A stretch of DNA of 59,097 bases from Alphaproteobacteria bacterium (GTDB taxonomy: Bacteria; Pseudomonadota; Alphaproteobacteria; Methylaequorales; Methylaequoraceae). Below, in pieces: positions 20,263 through 29,622 of this stretch; position 1 is the stretch's first letter, and each line of letters begins with the position of its first letter. The position numbers and the translations under genes are program-made. Under the pieces are notes generated by a model, which ran no database searches, was not told the DNA's origin, and worked only from the letters and a program-made list of their open reading frames with translations. Location: positions 1 to 59,097 of the forward strand of contig JBJKUQ010000001.1 of NCBI GenBank assembly GCA_045563015.1. Reading direction: 5' to 3'.

Positions 20263-21528
20263 ATGGATAAAATTGAGATTGAGGGAATTAAAAGTCTAAA
20301 TGGTAATATTGCCATAAGCGGATCAAAAAACTCTTCTTTACCAATACTTGCTTCGACTTTGTTAGTTGATGAACCGTTAATAATTAAAAATGTTCCAAAT
20401 TTAACAGATGTTTCTTTTATGATTAAAATTTTAGAATCACTTAGCTCTAAGATTGAATTTAAAAATAGCCGATGTAAAATTAAAAATAGCAAACCTAAAA
20501 GTTTAAAAGTTTCATATGAACTTGTTCGAAAAATGAGAGCTTCTTTTCTCGTAATTGGTCCTTTGTTAGCGAAGTATGGATATGCTGAAATCTCAATGCC
20601 TGGCGGTTGTGCTATCGGTACAAGACCAATAGATCTTCATATTGAAGGCTTAAGTAAGATGGGTGCAAAATTTATTGTTAAAGATGGTTATGTAATGGGA
20701 AAAGTTAAAGGCAAGTTGAATGGTTGTGAAATTAAATTAAATAAAGTTTCTGTTGGAGCAACTGAAAATTTAGTAATGGCTGCTGTTCTTGCAAGGGGTA
20801 AAACAATAATTAAGAATGCGGCAAGGGAGCCGGAGGTAGTAGATCTAATAAATTTTTTAATAAAAATGGGTGCAAAAATTAGTGGGCATGGAACAAGAAC
20901 AATCACAATAGAAGGAGAAAAAGAGCTTCATAGTTGTGAGTACGATGTTATGCCTGATCGCATTGAAGCTGGGACATATGCACTATCTGTGATGGGTTGT
21001 TCGGGAAAAATTATTCTTGAAAATGTTAATAAATTTATTTGTGAACACTTAACTCAAATTTTTAAGCCTCTTAAATCTTTAGATTGTGTAGAAATTGATG
21101 ATGGAAAAAAGTTATTAATAAAGAAATTAGAAAGTAAATTTAAGCCTATTAAAATAACGACAAGAGAGTTTCCAGGTTTTCCAACCGATTTGCAGGCTCA
21201 ATTAACAGCTGCACTATTAAAAACGAAAGGAAATTCATACGTAAGGGAAAACATTTTTGAAAATAGATTTATGCATATTAGCGAGTTAAAGAGAATGGGT
21301 GCTGATTTACTTTTGAATGGTTCAAGCTTAAAAATTAACGGCGTAAAAGAGATTTTTGGAGCAGAAGTTATGGCAACAGATTTAAGAGCATCTTCATCAT
21401 TAATCATTGCTGGATTAATGGCATCTGGTAAAACAATTATTAATAGAGTATATCATCTGGACAGAGGATATGAAAACTTGGAAAAGAAACTAAGAAATTG
21501 CGGAGTAAAAATAAGGAGAATCTCATAA
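20263..21528 (+). CDS. murA: UDP-N-acetylglucosamine 1-carboxyvinyltransferase
   Basis: GSKNSSLP, KMRASFLV, PGGCAIGTRPIDLH (active Cys), PGFPTDLQAQ, ATDLRAS, HLDRGYE. Confidence 0.98.
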   Translation: MDKIEIEGIKSLNGNIAISGSKNSSLPILASTLLVDEPLIIKNVPNLTDVSFMIKILESLSSKIEFKNSRCKIKNSKPKSLKVSYELVRKMRASFLVIGPLLAKYGYAEISMPGGCAIGTRPIDLHIEGLSKMGAKFIVKDGYVMGKVKGKLNGCEIKLNKVSVGATENLVMAAVLARGKTIIKNAAREPEVVDLINFLIKMGAKISGHGTRTITIEGEKELHSCEYDVMPDRIEAGTYALSVMGCSGKIILENVNKFICEHLTQIFKPLKSLDCVEIDDGKKLLIKKLESKFKPIKITTREFPGFPTDLQAQLTAALLKTKGNSYVRENIFENRFMHISELKRMGADLLLNGSSLKINGVKEIFGAEVMATDLRASSSLIIAGLMASGKTIINRVYHLDRGYENLEKKLRNCGVKIRRIS

Positions 21529-22166
21529 TGAATAAACTCACAATTGCTGTTCCCAAAGGAAGGATATTAAAAGAGTTAGTTCCGATATTTGAAAAGGCAA
21601 ATATAAAACCTGAGAGTGACTTTAATAACCTAAGCTCAAGAAAATTATTATTTGGAACAAATATTAATGGAGTTTCGATAATTAAAGTAAGATCCTTTGA
21701 TGTTGCTACTTTCGTTGCATTTGGGGCAGCTCAGATTGGAATAGCTGGCGATGATGTGATCAATGAGTTTGGTTACGAAGAAATTTATAATATACTTGAT
21801 TTAAAGATTGGGAAATGTAGGCTTTCGGTTGCAAAGAAAAAGAATATTAAAAAAACTTTTGAAAAACATGGTCACATGGTTGTTGCGACAAAGTACAAAA
21901 ATACTGTAACAAATTATTTTGCTAACAAAGGTGTAAGAGCTGAATGTATTAAGTTAAACGGTGCGGTGGAACTTGCTCCAAAACTTGGTATTTGTTCGAC
22001 AATAGTCGATCTTGTTTCATCTGGAAAAACTTTAAAAGAGAATAATCTGGAAGAGCATGAGGTATTAATGCAAATTACATCTAAATTAATAATTAATAAA
22101 ATTGCTTTTAAAGTTATGAACGATGATATATCTAAAATACTAAACAAGATTAAGAAGGTAATTTAA
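21528..22166 (+). CDS. hisG: ATP phosphoribosyltransferase, short form
   Basis: MNKLTIAVPKGRIL, VRSFDVATFV, GAVELAP, IVDLVSSGKTLKENNL; lacks the C-terminal regulatory domain. Confidence 0.96.
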   Translation: MNKLTIAVPKGRILKELVPIFEKANIKPESDFNNLSSRKLLFGTNINGVSIIKVRSFDVATFVAFGAAQIGIAGDDVINEFGYEEIYNILDLKIGKCRLSVAKKKNIKKTFEKHGHMVVATKYKNTVTNYFANKGVRAECIKLNGAVELAPKLGICSTIVDLVSSGKTLKENNLEEHEVLMQITSKLIINKIAFKVMNDDISKILNKIKKVI

Positions 22167-23461
22167 TGGTTAGAGTGTTGTTTCAAAAGGAAAGTGGCTT
22201 TTCAAAAAAATTTGAAAAGTTACTTGAGAAAAGAGATCAACACGACTCATCAGTTGAAAAAATTGTCGAAAAAATAATTCAAAAAATCAAAACTGGTTCT
22301 GATAAGGCACTTCTTGAACTCACAAGAAAACTTGACAAATTTAATGTAAAAAAGATCAGTGATTTAAGAGTTGATGAAACTGAAATTCAGGATTCAATCA
22401 AAAAGATTGATAAGAAGGTCTTAAAAGCACTTAAAATGGCTATTTCAAGAGTAAAAAACTATCACAAGAGACAAGTACCCAAAAACGAAATATTTAAGGA
22501 TAAATATGGAGTTATTCTTGGTGGACTTTGGAATCCTCTAGATTCAGTAGGACTGTATGTCCCAGGAGGAACGGCCGCTTACCCTTCATCATTAGTGATG
22601 AATGCAGTGCCAGCAATAGTAGCCGGAGTTGAGAGAATTGTCATTACTGTTCCAACTAATAAAGGAAGATTAAATCCATTAATTTTAGCTTGTGCAAATT
22701 TACTTGGTATTAAGGAAATATTTAAGGTTGGGGGAGCACAGGCAATAGCTGCACTTGCTCTGGGAACTAAAAGTATTAAGAAAGTAGATAAAATTGTTGG
22801 ACCTGGAAATGCCTACGTAGCAATGGCAAAAAAAAAATTATTTGGAATAGTTGGAATAGACATGATAGCAGGGCCATCTGAAATTCTAATTGTAGCAGAT
22901 GAAAAAAATAGTCCCAAACATATTGCAATAGACCTCCTTTCTCAGGCTGAACATGATAAATTAGCTCAATCTATTCTTATTACCACTAAAAAAGGCTTTG
23001 CCGATAAGGTAATTATAGAAGTAAATAATTTTTTAAAAATTCTTAGTAGAAAAGAAATTGCCAGTGAAAGTTGGGGTAAATATGGGGCAATTATTATTTG
23101 TGAAAAAATGGAAAAGACAATTGAATTAATAAACGAAATTGCACCAGAGCATTTAGAAATTGCTGTTCAGAATCCAAATAAATATTTAAAAAAAATTAAA
23201 AACGCCGGTGCGATTTTCTTGGGAAAATATACACCCGAGGCAATTGGAGATTACGTTGCAGGTCCTAATCATGTTCTGCCAACTGATAGAACAGCAAAAT
23301 TTTCATCAGGCTTAAATGTTTTAGATTTTTTTAAAAGAACATCTGTCGTAAGTTGTAATAGTAAGAATATTAAAATAATAGGCAAACAAGCAATTATATT
23401 GGCTAATCAAGAGGGTTTACAAGCCCATGCTTTATCAATAGAATGCAGAATTAAAAATTAA
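22166..23461 (+). CDS. hisD: Histidinol dehydrogenase
   Basis: [61 protein letters not shown]. Confidence 0.98.
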   Translation: MVRVLFQKESGFSKKFEKLLEKRDQHDSSVEKIVEKIIQKIKTGSDKALLELTRKLDKFNVKKISDLRVDETEIQDSIKKIDKKVLKALKMAISRVKNYHKRQVPKNEIFKDKYGVILGGLWNPLDSVGLYVPGGTAAYPSSLVMNAVPAIVAGVERIVITVPTNKGRLNPLILACANLLGIKEIFKVGGAQAIAALALGTKSIKKVDKIVGPGNAYVAMAKKKLFGIVGIDMIAGPSEILIVADEKNSPKHIAIDLLSQAEHDKLAQSILITTKKGFADKVIIEVNNFLKILSRKEIASESWGKYGAIIICEKMEKTIELINEIAPEHLEIAVQNPNKYLKKIKNAGAIFLGKYTPEAIGDYVAGPNHVLPTDRTAKFSSGLNVLDFFKRTSVVSCNSKNIKIIGKQAIILANQEGLQAHALSIECRIKN

Positions 23462-23472
23462 TTATTAAAAGT

Positions 23473-23691
23473 ATGGCAAAAGAAGAATTAATGGAATTTA
23501 ATGGAATAGTCAAAGAACTATTACCGAATGCTATGTTTAGAGTTCTTCTTGATAATAATCATGAGATAATAGCACATACTGCTGGAAAAATGAGAAAGTT
23601 TAGAATAAGAGTCCTTGCTGGTGATCGTGTTACAGTGGAAATGACTCCCTATGACCTTACCAAAGGTAGAATAACCTTCAGACATAAGTAA
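23473..23691 (+). CDS. infA: Translation initiation factor IF-1
   Basis: [48 protein letters not shown]. Confidence 0.99.
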   Translation: MAKEELMEFNGIVKELLPNAMFRVLLDNNHEIIAHTAGKMRKFRIRVLAGDRVTVEMTPYDLTKGRITFRHK

Positions 23692-23693
23692 TT

Positions 23694-24290
23694 TTGATTT
23701 CAAATAAGAAAATTATATTAGCTTCAACTTCAGAGCGAAGAATAAATCTTTTAAAACAACTTGGTGTTTCCAATTTTGAAGTTGTAAAACCAAATTTTGA
23801 TGAAGATAAATATAAATATGAATATAATCATTCTGTTTCTAAGAAAGTTGTTAATTTTTCATATTTTAAAGCCAATTCAATTCTCAATGAAACAAAACAA
23901 AAAGATAAAATAATTATTTCTGGAGATACTGAAGTTTTTCGAAGTGGAAAGGTTTTGAGTAAATGTAAGAGTAAAGAGCAGGTTAAGGATTATTTATTAT
24001 ATTTATCTGGGAAAAAACATTATGTATTTGGAGGAATTTGTGTAATAAACTTTAACGGCATTGTATTAAAGAAATTGGTCAAGACGGAAGTATATTTTGA
24101 CAAAATACCAAAAGATGAAATACATAATGATGTGTTATTAAATGAGGGTTTAGGTAAGGCAGGAGGATATGCTATTCAGGGTATTGCAGGAAAGTTTGTA
24201 AGGAAAATTAGAGGGTCGTATACAAATGTAGTTGGACTTTCTACAAATCATTTGTATAAAATCCTCATAGGAATAGGATTTAAAAATTGA
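23694..24290 (+). CDS. maf: Maf family nucleoside triphosphate pyrophosphatase
   Basis: IILASTSERR, SGDTEV, LSGKKH, GKAGGYAIQG, GSYTNVVGL. Confidence 0.9.
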   Translation: MISNKKIILASTSERRINLLKQLGVSNFEVVKPNFDEDKYKYEYNHSVSKKVVNFSYFKANSILNETKQKDKIIISGDTEVFRSGKVLSKCKSKEQVKDYLLYLSGKKHYVFGGICVINFNGIVLKKLVKTEVYFDKIPKDEIHNDVLLNEGLGKAGGYAIQGIAGKFVRKIRGSYTNVVGLSTNHLYKILIGIGFKN

Positions 24291-24333
24291 AATATTATCT
24301 CTTCTGTTGTATTAAATTGAAATATTAAATTAA

Positions 24334-24409
24334 GCCCAGGTAGCTCAGTTGGTAGAGCAAGCGACTGAAAATCGCTGTGTCGGTGGTTCAATTCCTCCCC
24401 TGGGCACCA
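24334..24409 (+). tRNA. tRNA-Phe(GAA), canonical, encoded CCA
   Basis: GCCCAGGTAGCTCAGTTGGTAGAGCAAGCGACTGAAAATCGCTGTGTCGGTGGTTCAATTCCTCCCCTGGGCACCA (76 nt). Confidence 0.98.
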
Positions 24410-24414
24410 TTATT

Positions 24415-25113
24415 ATGAAAATGAAATACATCTCTCTCATCTCATTATTTTTTTTAATTTCCTGTGATAAAAAAACAGAAAACTTTTTTCCGATAAAAAA
24501 AGGTATCAAGTGGTTTTATTCAATAAAGATTAAATCATCATATACTGGAAAAGAAAATATCAAAAAATTGATGATATTAAATGTGGATTCTAAAAACTCC
24601 AAAGGAGTTCATCAACTATCAAGATTACATTCAGACGGGAGTTTTTATAAATATAATATAGATAAAAAAAAGAAAAATGTTTTTCGTACTTCAGTTATAT
24701 TAGCTTTTGATGAGGGTTTAGTCGAGCCTATAAAAAAGCTTGTGTACCCAGACTTTGAATTCAAAGAAAAACAATGGAAAATAAAAGAACAGTTATTTTT
24801 GGTAAGAGGTTTCCAACCACCATTGCTCAATGTGAAACCAAGAAGTCAGTTCGAAATGAACTATAAAATCAAAGAGAGAATTAAAAATTACAAGGCAAAT
24901 GGAAAGGTATATAATGATTGTTTAAAAGTAAAAGGTACTGGAGAAACAAGTTTTATTGGTGATACAAGATCTGGTCCTATAAAAGTTGAAATTATTAATA
25001 CTGAATGGATTTGTGTTGATGTTGGACTTGTTAAGCAAATAAGACAAGAGAATACTAATGCCTCAGCATTCGGAAATATGCAACTTAGTAAACATCTAGT
25101 AGATTTTAGATAA
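24415..25113 (+). CDS. Hypothetical lipoprotein
   Basis: MKMKYISLISLFFLISC lipobox. The ORF-track start (24349) lies inside tRNA-Phe and is not credible. Confidence 0.7.
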   Translation: MKMKYISLISLFFLISCDKKTENFFPIKKGIKWFYSIKIKSSYTGKENIKKLMILNVDSKNSKGVHQLSRLHSDGSFYKYNIDKKKKNVFRTSVILAFDEGLVEPIKKLVYPDFEFKEKQWKIKEQLFLVRGFQPPLLNVKPRSQFEMNYKIKERIKNYKANGKVYNDCLKVKGTGETSFIGDTRSGPIKVEIINTEWICVDVGLVKQIRQENTNASAFGNMQLSKHLVDFR

Positions 25114-25115
25114 AT

Positions 25116-26024
25116 ATGTCATCAGTAACTTTTGTTATCACAGTATACAATAAGTCGTTATTTTTAAAAACTGCAATAAAGTCTATAATTAAACAGACTG
25201 GTTCATTTAAAAAAGAGTTTATATTTATTAATGATGGCTCCACAGATAATTCTCTAGAAATTCTAGAAAAAGAAACTAAAGTACTGAAAAATTGTAGAAT
25301 AGTAAGTCAAAAAAATAAAGGATCAGCTAATGCAACTAATATAGGAATAAAATTAGCAAAAATGAAATACATAAAATTTCTTGATGCTGATGATGTAATT
25401 TTAAAAGATTCAACAAATGCTTTAGTAAATATTCTAGAAAATAATCCAAAAACAATTTTAGCATATGGACTCCAAAGAAAAGTAAAAGATATAAAATTAG
25501 TAGATTTACATGAAATTTTTGATCAAAAAAATTTTTCAGTTATTAATAAACCAATGAATTTGGCTATGAGAAATTCAATGTTTAATCCATCACAATTTTT
25601 AGCTAAAAGACAGGCATGTCAAATAGTTGGTGGGTGTGATGAGAGAATAATTTTTAGCCAAGAATATTCGTTAACATTAAGGCTCGCAAAGTTAGGTGGT
25701 TTTATTAGACTAAATCATCCAATTGCAATTTTACCTTTAGAGGCGCCAGGACAAATTTCTGAAAAAAAAAATAATCAAATTTTTAGAGTTTCAAAAGCTC
25801 TTGAGTTTTTTATTAAAGAAAATGATGATCTTAATTATTTTGATAAGATTTTTGCTCAAAGAAGATTAACTGCAAGAGCATGGAGGTTTTCAAAAAAGGT
25901 TGCAAAGGTAAGTTTTTTTTCTAAGTGGTTTTTATATTATATGATTGGTTTTCTCAGGTTTCCATTTTTTGAAAAAAAAATCTGTGAACTTTCAAATAAA
26001 ATATATGAAGATTATCTAGATTAA
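25116..26024 (+). CDS. Glycosyltransferase family 2
   Basis: VITVYNKS, FINDGSTDNS, NKGSANATN, FLDADD. Confidence 0.88.
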   Translation: MSSVTFVITVYNKSLFLKTAIKSIIKQTGSFKKEFIFINDGSTDNSLEILEKETKVLKNCRIVSQKNKGSANATNIGIKLAKMKYIKFLDADDVILKDSTNALVNILENNPKTILAYGLQRKVKDIKLVDLHEIFDQKNFSVINKPMNLAMRNSMFNPSQFLAKRQACQIVGGCDERIIFSQEYSLTLRLAKLGGFIRLNHPIAILPLEAPGQISEKKNNQIFRVSKALEFFIKENDDLNYFDKIFAQRRLTARAWRFSKKVAKVSFFSKWFLYYMIGFLRFPFFEKKICELSNKIYEDYLD

Positions 26025-27400
26025 AAAACCTTTCCAGGATTAAAAATATTAAAAGGGTCAAAAATTCGTTTAATAGATTTCATTTGCTCAAGCTCAAAGC
26101 TAGTTTTAAATTCTATCAAATCTTCTTTTCTTAGCTGACCAATACCATGTTCTGCACTAATGGAACCACCATTTTTTTTAACATTTGTAAAGACTATATT
26201 ATTGATATCTTTTATGAGCTTTTGGCTTATTTTCTTTTTTTTTATAAGTACATTGTAATGTAGGTTATTATCTCCAATATGACCAAAGTTAATTATTTCA
26301 GCGAAGTCAAATTTATTAATTTCTTTCTCAGTAGTTTTAATAAAAGACCCCATGTTTTCTAATGGAATAGAAACATCATGTTTAATATTAAAACCTGCAT
26401 TTTTTTCCTCAATTGGAATAGACTCTCTAATATTCCAGAAGACTTTATTTTCATTCTCATTTTTTGCAATAATAATATCTTCAAAATCAAATTTAATATT
26501 TTTAATTTTATCAAAAATAATTTCTTGATAATTTTCTAGTTCAAGAAAGTTTGAAAGTTCAATTAAACAATAAAAATTTTTTTGTGTGTTAACTTTTAGT
26601 TTTTTAAAATCTGTAATCATTACTGACTTATTGTTCATAAGTTCAAAGCTTGAAATTTGATCACAGAATGTATTTGTAAAAAAAGAATAAAGTTCAAGAA
26701 TCTTAATGATTTCATCACTTCCAACCCATAGAACAATTTTTTCTTTTGGTTTTTTGTATATTTTAAAAGTTGCTGCAGTAATAATTCCTAAGGTACCCTC
26801 CGAACCAATAAATATTTGTTTTAAATCTGTACCTGTATTATTTTTTTTAATGGAGTTTAGGTTAGATATAAATTTTCCTTTGGTAGTAATAACTTCAAGA
26901 CCTAAAATATTCTCTCGAATTGAGCCATATTTGATATAATTTAAACCACCTGCATTGGTTGCTATATTTCCTCCTATTTGACAACTTCCCTTTGAACCCA
27001 TTGATAATGGAAAGTCCATTTCATATTTTTCTAAATTATCCTTTAGGCTTTGAAGTATGCAACCACTTTCAACAGTAATAGTTTTGTCAATAAGATTTAC
27101 TTTCTTAATTTTATTTAGGTTTTTTAGGTTTAAAATAATTTCATTTTTATCTTTTCTAGGGACTGATCCCCCAACTAAACTTGTATTTCCACCTTGAGGT
27201 ACAATTGGGGTTTTTGTTTCTTCGCATATTTTAATTATTTCTGAAATTTTTTTGGATGTTTTAGGGAAAACTATCAAATCGCTATTTCCAATATAGTGTC
27301 CTCTCCAATCAATACAGTGATTTTTTATTAACTGTTGATCGATAGAATATTCAGAAGAATCCAATATTTTGATTATTTTTTTTATATTTTTATCAACCAT
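26021..27400 (-). CDS. FAD-binding oxidoreductase (D-2-hydroxyacid dehydrogenase, GlcD/D2HGDH-like)
   Basis: VPQGGNTSLVGG, CQIGGNIATNAGG, GSEGTLGIIT, HDVS, GHIGDNNLHYN, SAEHGIG, DPFNIFNPGKV. Confidence 0.9.
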   Translation of the reverse strand: MVDKNIKKIIKILDSSEYSIDQQLIKNHCIDWRGHYIGNSDLIVFPKTSKKISEIIKICEETKTPIVPQGGNTSLVGGSVPRKDKNEIILNLKNLNKIKKVNLIDKTITVESGCILQSLKDNLEKYEMDFPLSMGSKGSCQIGGNIATNAGGLNYIKYGSIRENILGLEVITTKGKFISNLNSIKKNNTGTDLKQIFIGSEGTLGIITAATFKIYKKPKEKIVLWVGSDEIIKILELYSFFTNTFCDQISSFELMNNKSVMITDFKKLKVNTQKNFYCLIELSNFLELENYQEIIFDKIKNIKFDFEDIIIAKNENENKVFWNIRESIPIEEKNAGFNIKHDVSIPLENMGSFIKTTEKEINKFDFAEIINFGHIGDNNLHYNVLIKKKKISQKLIKDINNIVFTNVKKNGGSISAEHGIGQLRKEDLIEFKTSFELEQMKSIKRIFDPFNIFNPGKVF

Positions 27401-28355
27401 TTTGGGCTCTTGTTAGCCTTTCATTAATTGTTTTTCCAATGCCATAGTTTGGAATTGGTGATACAACAATTCTTTTCATTGATAATTTATCAAGTTTTCT
27501 CATGTGATCATATAAATTATGTGCTGCTTCATTCAAATCTCCTTTTTCAGATAAATTCAATTTTGGTTGAAAATTAATTTTATCTTCATTTCCAAATATT
27601 AAGTATGCGTCACCTCTTTCAGGGTTCGAAATATTCATTATTAGTGGTGTTGATGGAGCGTAATGTTTATAAAGTTGCCCGGGTGATTTAGGTTTTTTTT
27701 CACTCTTAACACTAGACTCATCTTTTACAATTAAATTATGTTTATTTTTAATATTTTCCTCTGATAATGCCCCAAGTCTTCTTAAAGCATAAGGATTACA
27801 AGAAAGGTCTAGAATTGTAGATTCTAAGCCAATTTTTGATTTACCAGAATCAACGATAAGATCAATTTCCTTTCCAAATGAATCCAGAACATGTAGAGCG
27901 CTTGTAGATGAAATATACCCACTTTTATTAGCACTTGGTGCAGCAATGGGTCTATTGAATTTTTTTAAAATTTTCTGAAAAACACTCGAGTTAGGCATTC
28001 TGACTGCCATTGTTTTTAAACCTGACACTGCTAAGCCGTTAATTAAATCATTATTCTTTTTAGGTAAAATTAAAGTTAATGGTCCTGGCCAAAAGTGATT
28101 AGCTATTTTTTTTGCTTCATCTGAAAAGGTTACAATTTTTTCTGCCATTTCCAGTGAATTCACATGAACGATTAAAGGGTTATGATACGGTCTATTTTTT
28201 AGTAGGTATAATTTTTTTATTGCAGATGGGTTAGACGGGTCGCAAGCCGCACCATAAACAGTCTCAGTTTTTAAAGCAATGAGTTTGCCATTATTTAGGT
28301 ATTTCACTGCTTTATTAATCGAATATGAAGATTCCCTTAAAACATTATTTTTCAT
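27393..28355 (-). CDS. tsaC: L-threonylcarbamoyladenylate synthase (Sua5 type, with C-terminal domain)
   Basis: TETVYG, KNRPYHNPLIVH, FWPGPLT, AAPSANKSG, GLESTI, SPGQLYKHYAP. Confidence 0.94.
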   Translation of the reverse strand: MKNNVLRESSYSINKAVKYLNNGKLIALKTETVYGAACDPSNPSAIKKLYLLKNRPYHNPLIVHVNSLEMAEKIVTFSDEAKKIANHFWPGPLTLILPKKNNDLINGLAVSGLKTMAVRMPNSSVFQKILKKFNRPIAAPSANKSGYISSTSALHVLDSFGKEIDLIVDSGKSKIGLESTILDLSCNPYALRRLGALSEENIKNKHNLIVKDESSVKSEKKPKSPGQLYKHYAPSTPLIMNISNPERGDAYLIFGNEDKINFQPKLNLSEKGDLNEAAHNLYDHMRKLDKLSMKRIVVSPIPNYGIGKTINERLTRAQNG

Positions 28356-28430
28356 TAATCATAATATATGAGAAAATAAAAAAACTTCAAAGGGTTGATG
28401 TTTATTATGAATTTTTTAACTTTAAGCATT

Positions 28431-28660
28431 TCATGACTTTAACTTTAATTTTTTAAGTTTATTAATGTAATATTTTTCCCATCCGTTGGGCGCCGGTAAA
28501 AGACAACTCTTTGTATCAATTTTTTTATCACCAATTTTACAATTATATTTTTCAAGTTGTTTTTTTGTTGAAAGTAAGTCGTTATCAAGATTTTCTAAAC
28601 AACCTGACCTAACTTCTGATACAAAAATAGTTAATATTAATACATATATTTTATTTTCAT
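28431..28660 (-). CDS. Small exported hypothetical protein (~76 aa; needs +1 A in the run after ATG)
   Basis: Strong AGGAG SD then ATG 28660. With one extra A it reads MKNKIYVLILTIFVSEVRSGCLENLDNDLLSTKKQLEKYNCKIGDKKIDTKSCLLPAPNGWEKYYINKLKKLKLKS*. Confidence 0.45.
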
Positions 28661-28805
28661 TATTTCTCCTTTTTTAACTTTAAAATATTGAAGCAAATTT
28701 ATTTACCAAATTTATTATTACAATCTATATAATTCACATTATGAATGAGAATATTCTTTTTTAATTTTATATAATAAATTTGTGGATCCAAAATTTTATA
28801 GGATA

Positions 28806-28907
28806 ATGTATATTATTGCATTTTTTGCCCTTGTAATTGCAGTTGTTACAATTTATGAAGTATTAAGTGAAATTAATAATTTTTTTACTGAACGAATTAA
28901 AATCTAA
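28806..28907 (+). CDS. Small hypothetical membrane protein, 33 aa (not in ORF track)
   Basis: AGGA SD; MYIIAFFALVIAVVTIYEVLSEINNFFTERIKI*, one TM helix; convergent with gph. Confidence 0.4.
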   Translation: MYIIAFFALVIAVVTIYEVLSEINNFFTERIKI

Positions 28908-29554
28908 TTAATGATATCTTTTAATTCTTTGATAGTTAGACTTGGTTTCACACCCTCATTTAATTTCCCATATCCATATTTGACATAAACAGAATACATA
29001 CCCAATTTATTAGCTGGAATTATGTCGTTGTTACTATCTCCTATGAACATTGTCTCATTTTCCTTTATTTGTAATTCCTGAATACAATAAATAAGCATTT
29101 CAGTATGGGGTTTAAGTTCAACTTTTCCATCTGAGCCCGCAATATAATCAAAATAATTATCCAGTTTAAAATCATTAATAATTTTTTCTGCTAAAAATTT
29201 CTTTTTGTTCGTACACAAACATATTTTTATATTATTTTTCTTCAGGTGATTCAAAACATCCAATGCACCAGAATATAGTGTTGTTTTATTTGTGCAATTC
29301 TTTGAGTAATAATCTATAAAATCATTAACAAGAATTTTAATTTTCTGATCATTCATTTCTTGATTAAGAAAAAAAAGACCCTTCCTTATCATTGCTTCAG
29401 CCCCAGAGCCTACAAGATCACCAATTATTTCCTTTGGAATTTTCTTTAAACTTTCCTTTGCAAATATAAAATTTAAAGTATCAAGTAGGTCAGGTCCACT
29501 ATCAATAAGTGTTCCGTCTAAATCAAATATTACGCATTTAATATTTTTTTTCAT
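28904..29554 (-). CDS. gph: HAD-family hydrolase, phosphoglycolate phosphatase-like
   Basis: FDLDGTLIDS, CTNK, KPHTEM, FIGDSNND, YGYG. Confidence 0.85.
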   Translation of the reverse strand: MKKNIKCVIFDLDGTLIDSGPDLLDTLNFIFAKESLKKIPKEIIGDLVGSGAEAMIRKGLFFLNQEMNDQKIKILVNDFIDYYSKNCTNKTTLYSGALDVLNHLKKNNIKICLCTNKKKFLAEKIINDFKLDNYFDYIAGSDGKVELKPHTEMLIYCIQELQIKENETMFIGDSNNDIIPANKLGMYSVYVKYGYGKLNEGVKPSLTIKELKDIIN

Positions 29555-29622
29555 AATTTAATTTATATTTTTAAAAAGTATTTATAATACCTTTAATTAA
29601 ATAAATCTCTTAAATTACAAAA

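Noticed and set aside
24286-24327. Direct repeat AATTGAAATATTA before tRNA-Phe as an operator or CRISPR remnant
   Set aside because: Only two low-complexity copies, overlapping a likely TTGAAA-17-TATTAA promoter. No CRISPR array or cas gene anywhere in the window.
24349-24414. N-terminal extension MVEQATENRCVGGSIPPLGT of the lipoprotein ORF
   Set aside because: It is a translation of tRNA-Phe; the lipobox fits a start at 24415 or 24421.
28486-28677. 63-aa plus-strand ORF
   Set aside because: TTG start without SD; antisense to a better-supported minus-strand ORF with AGGAG.
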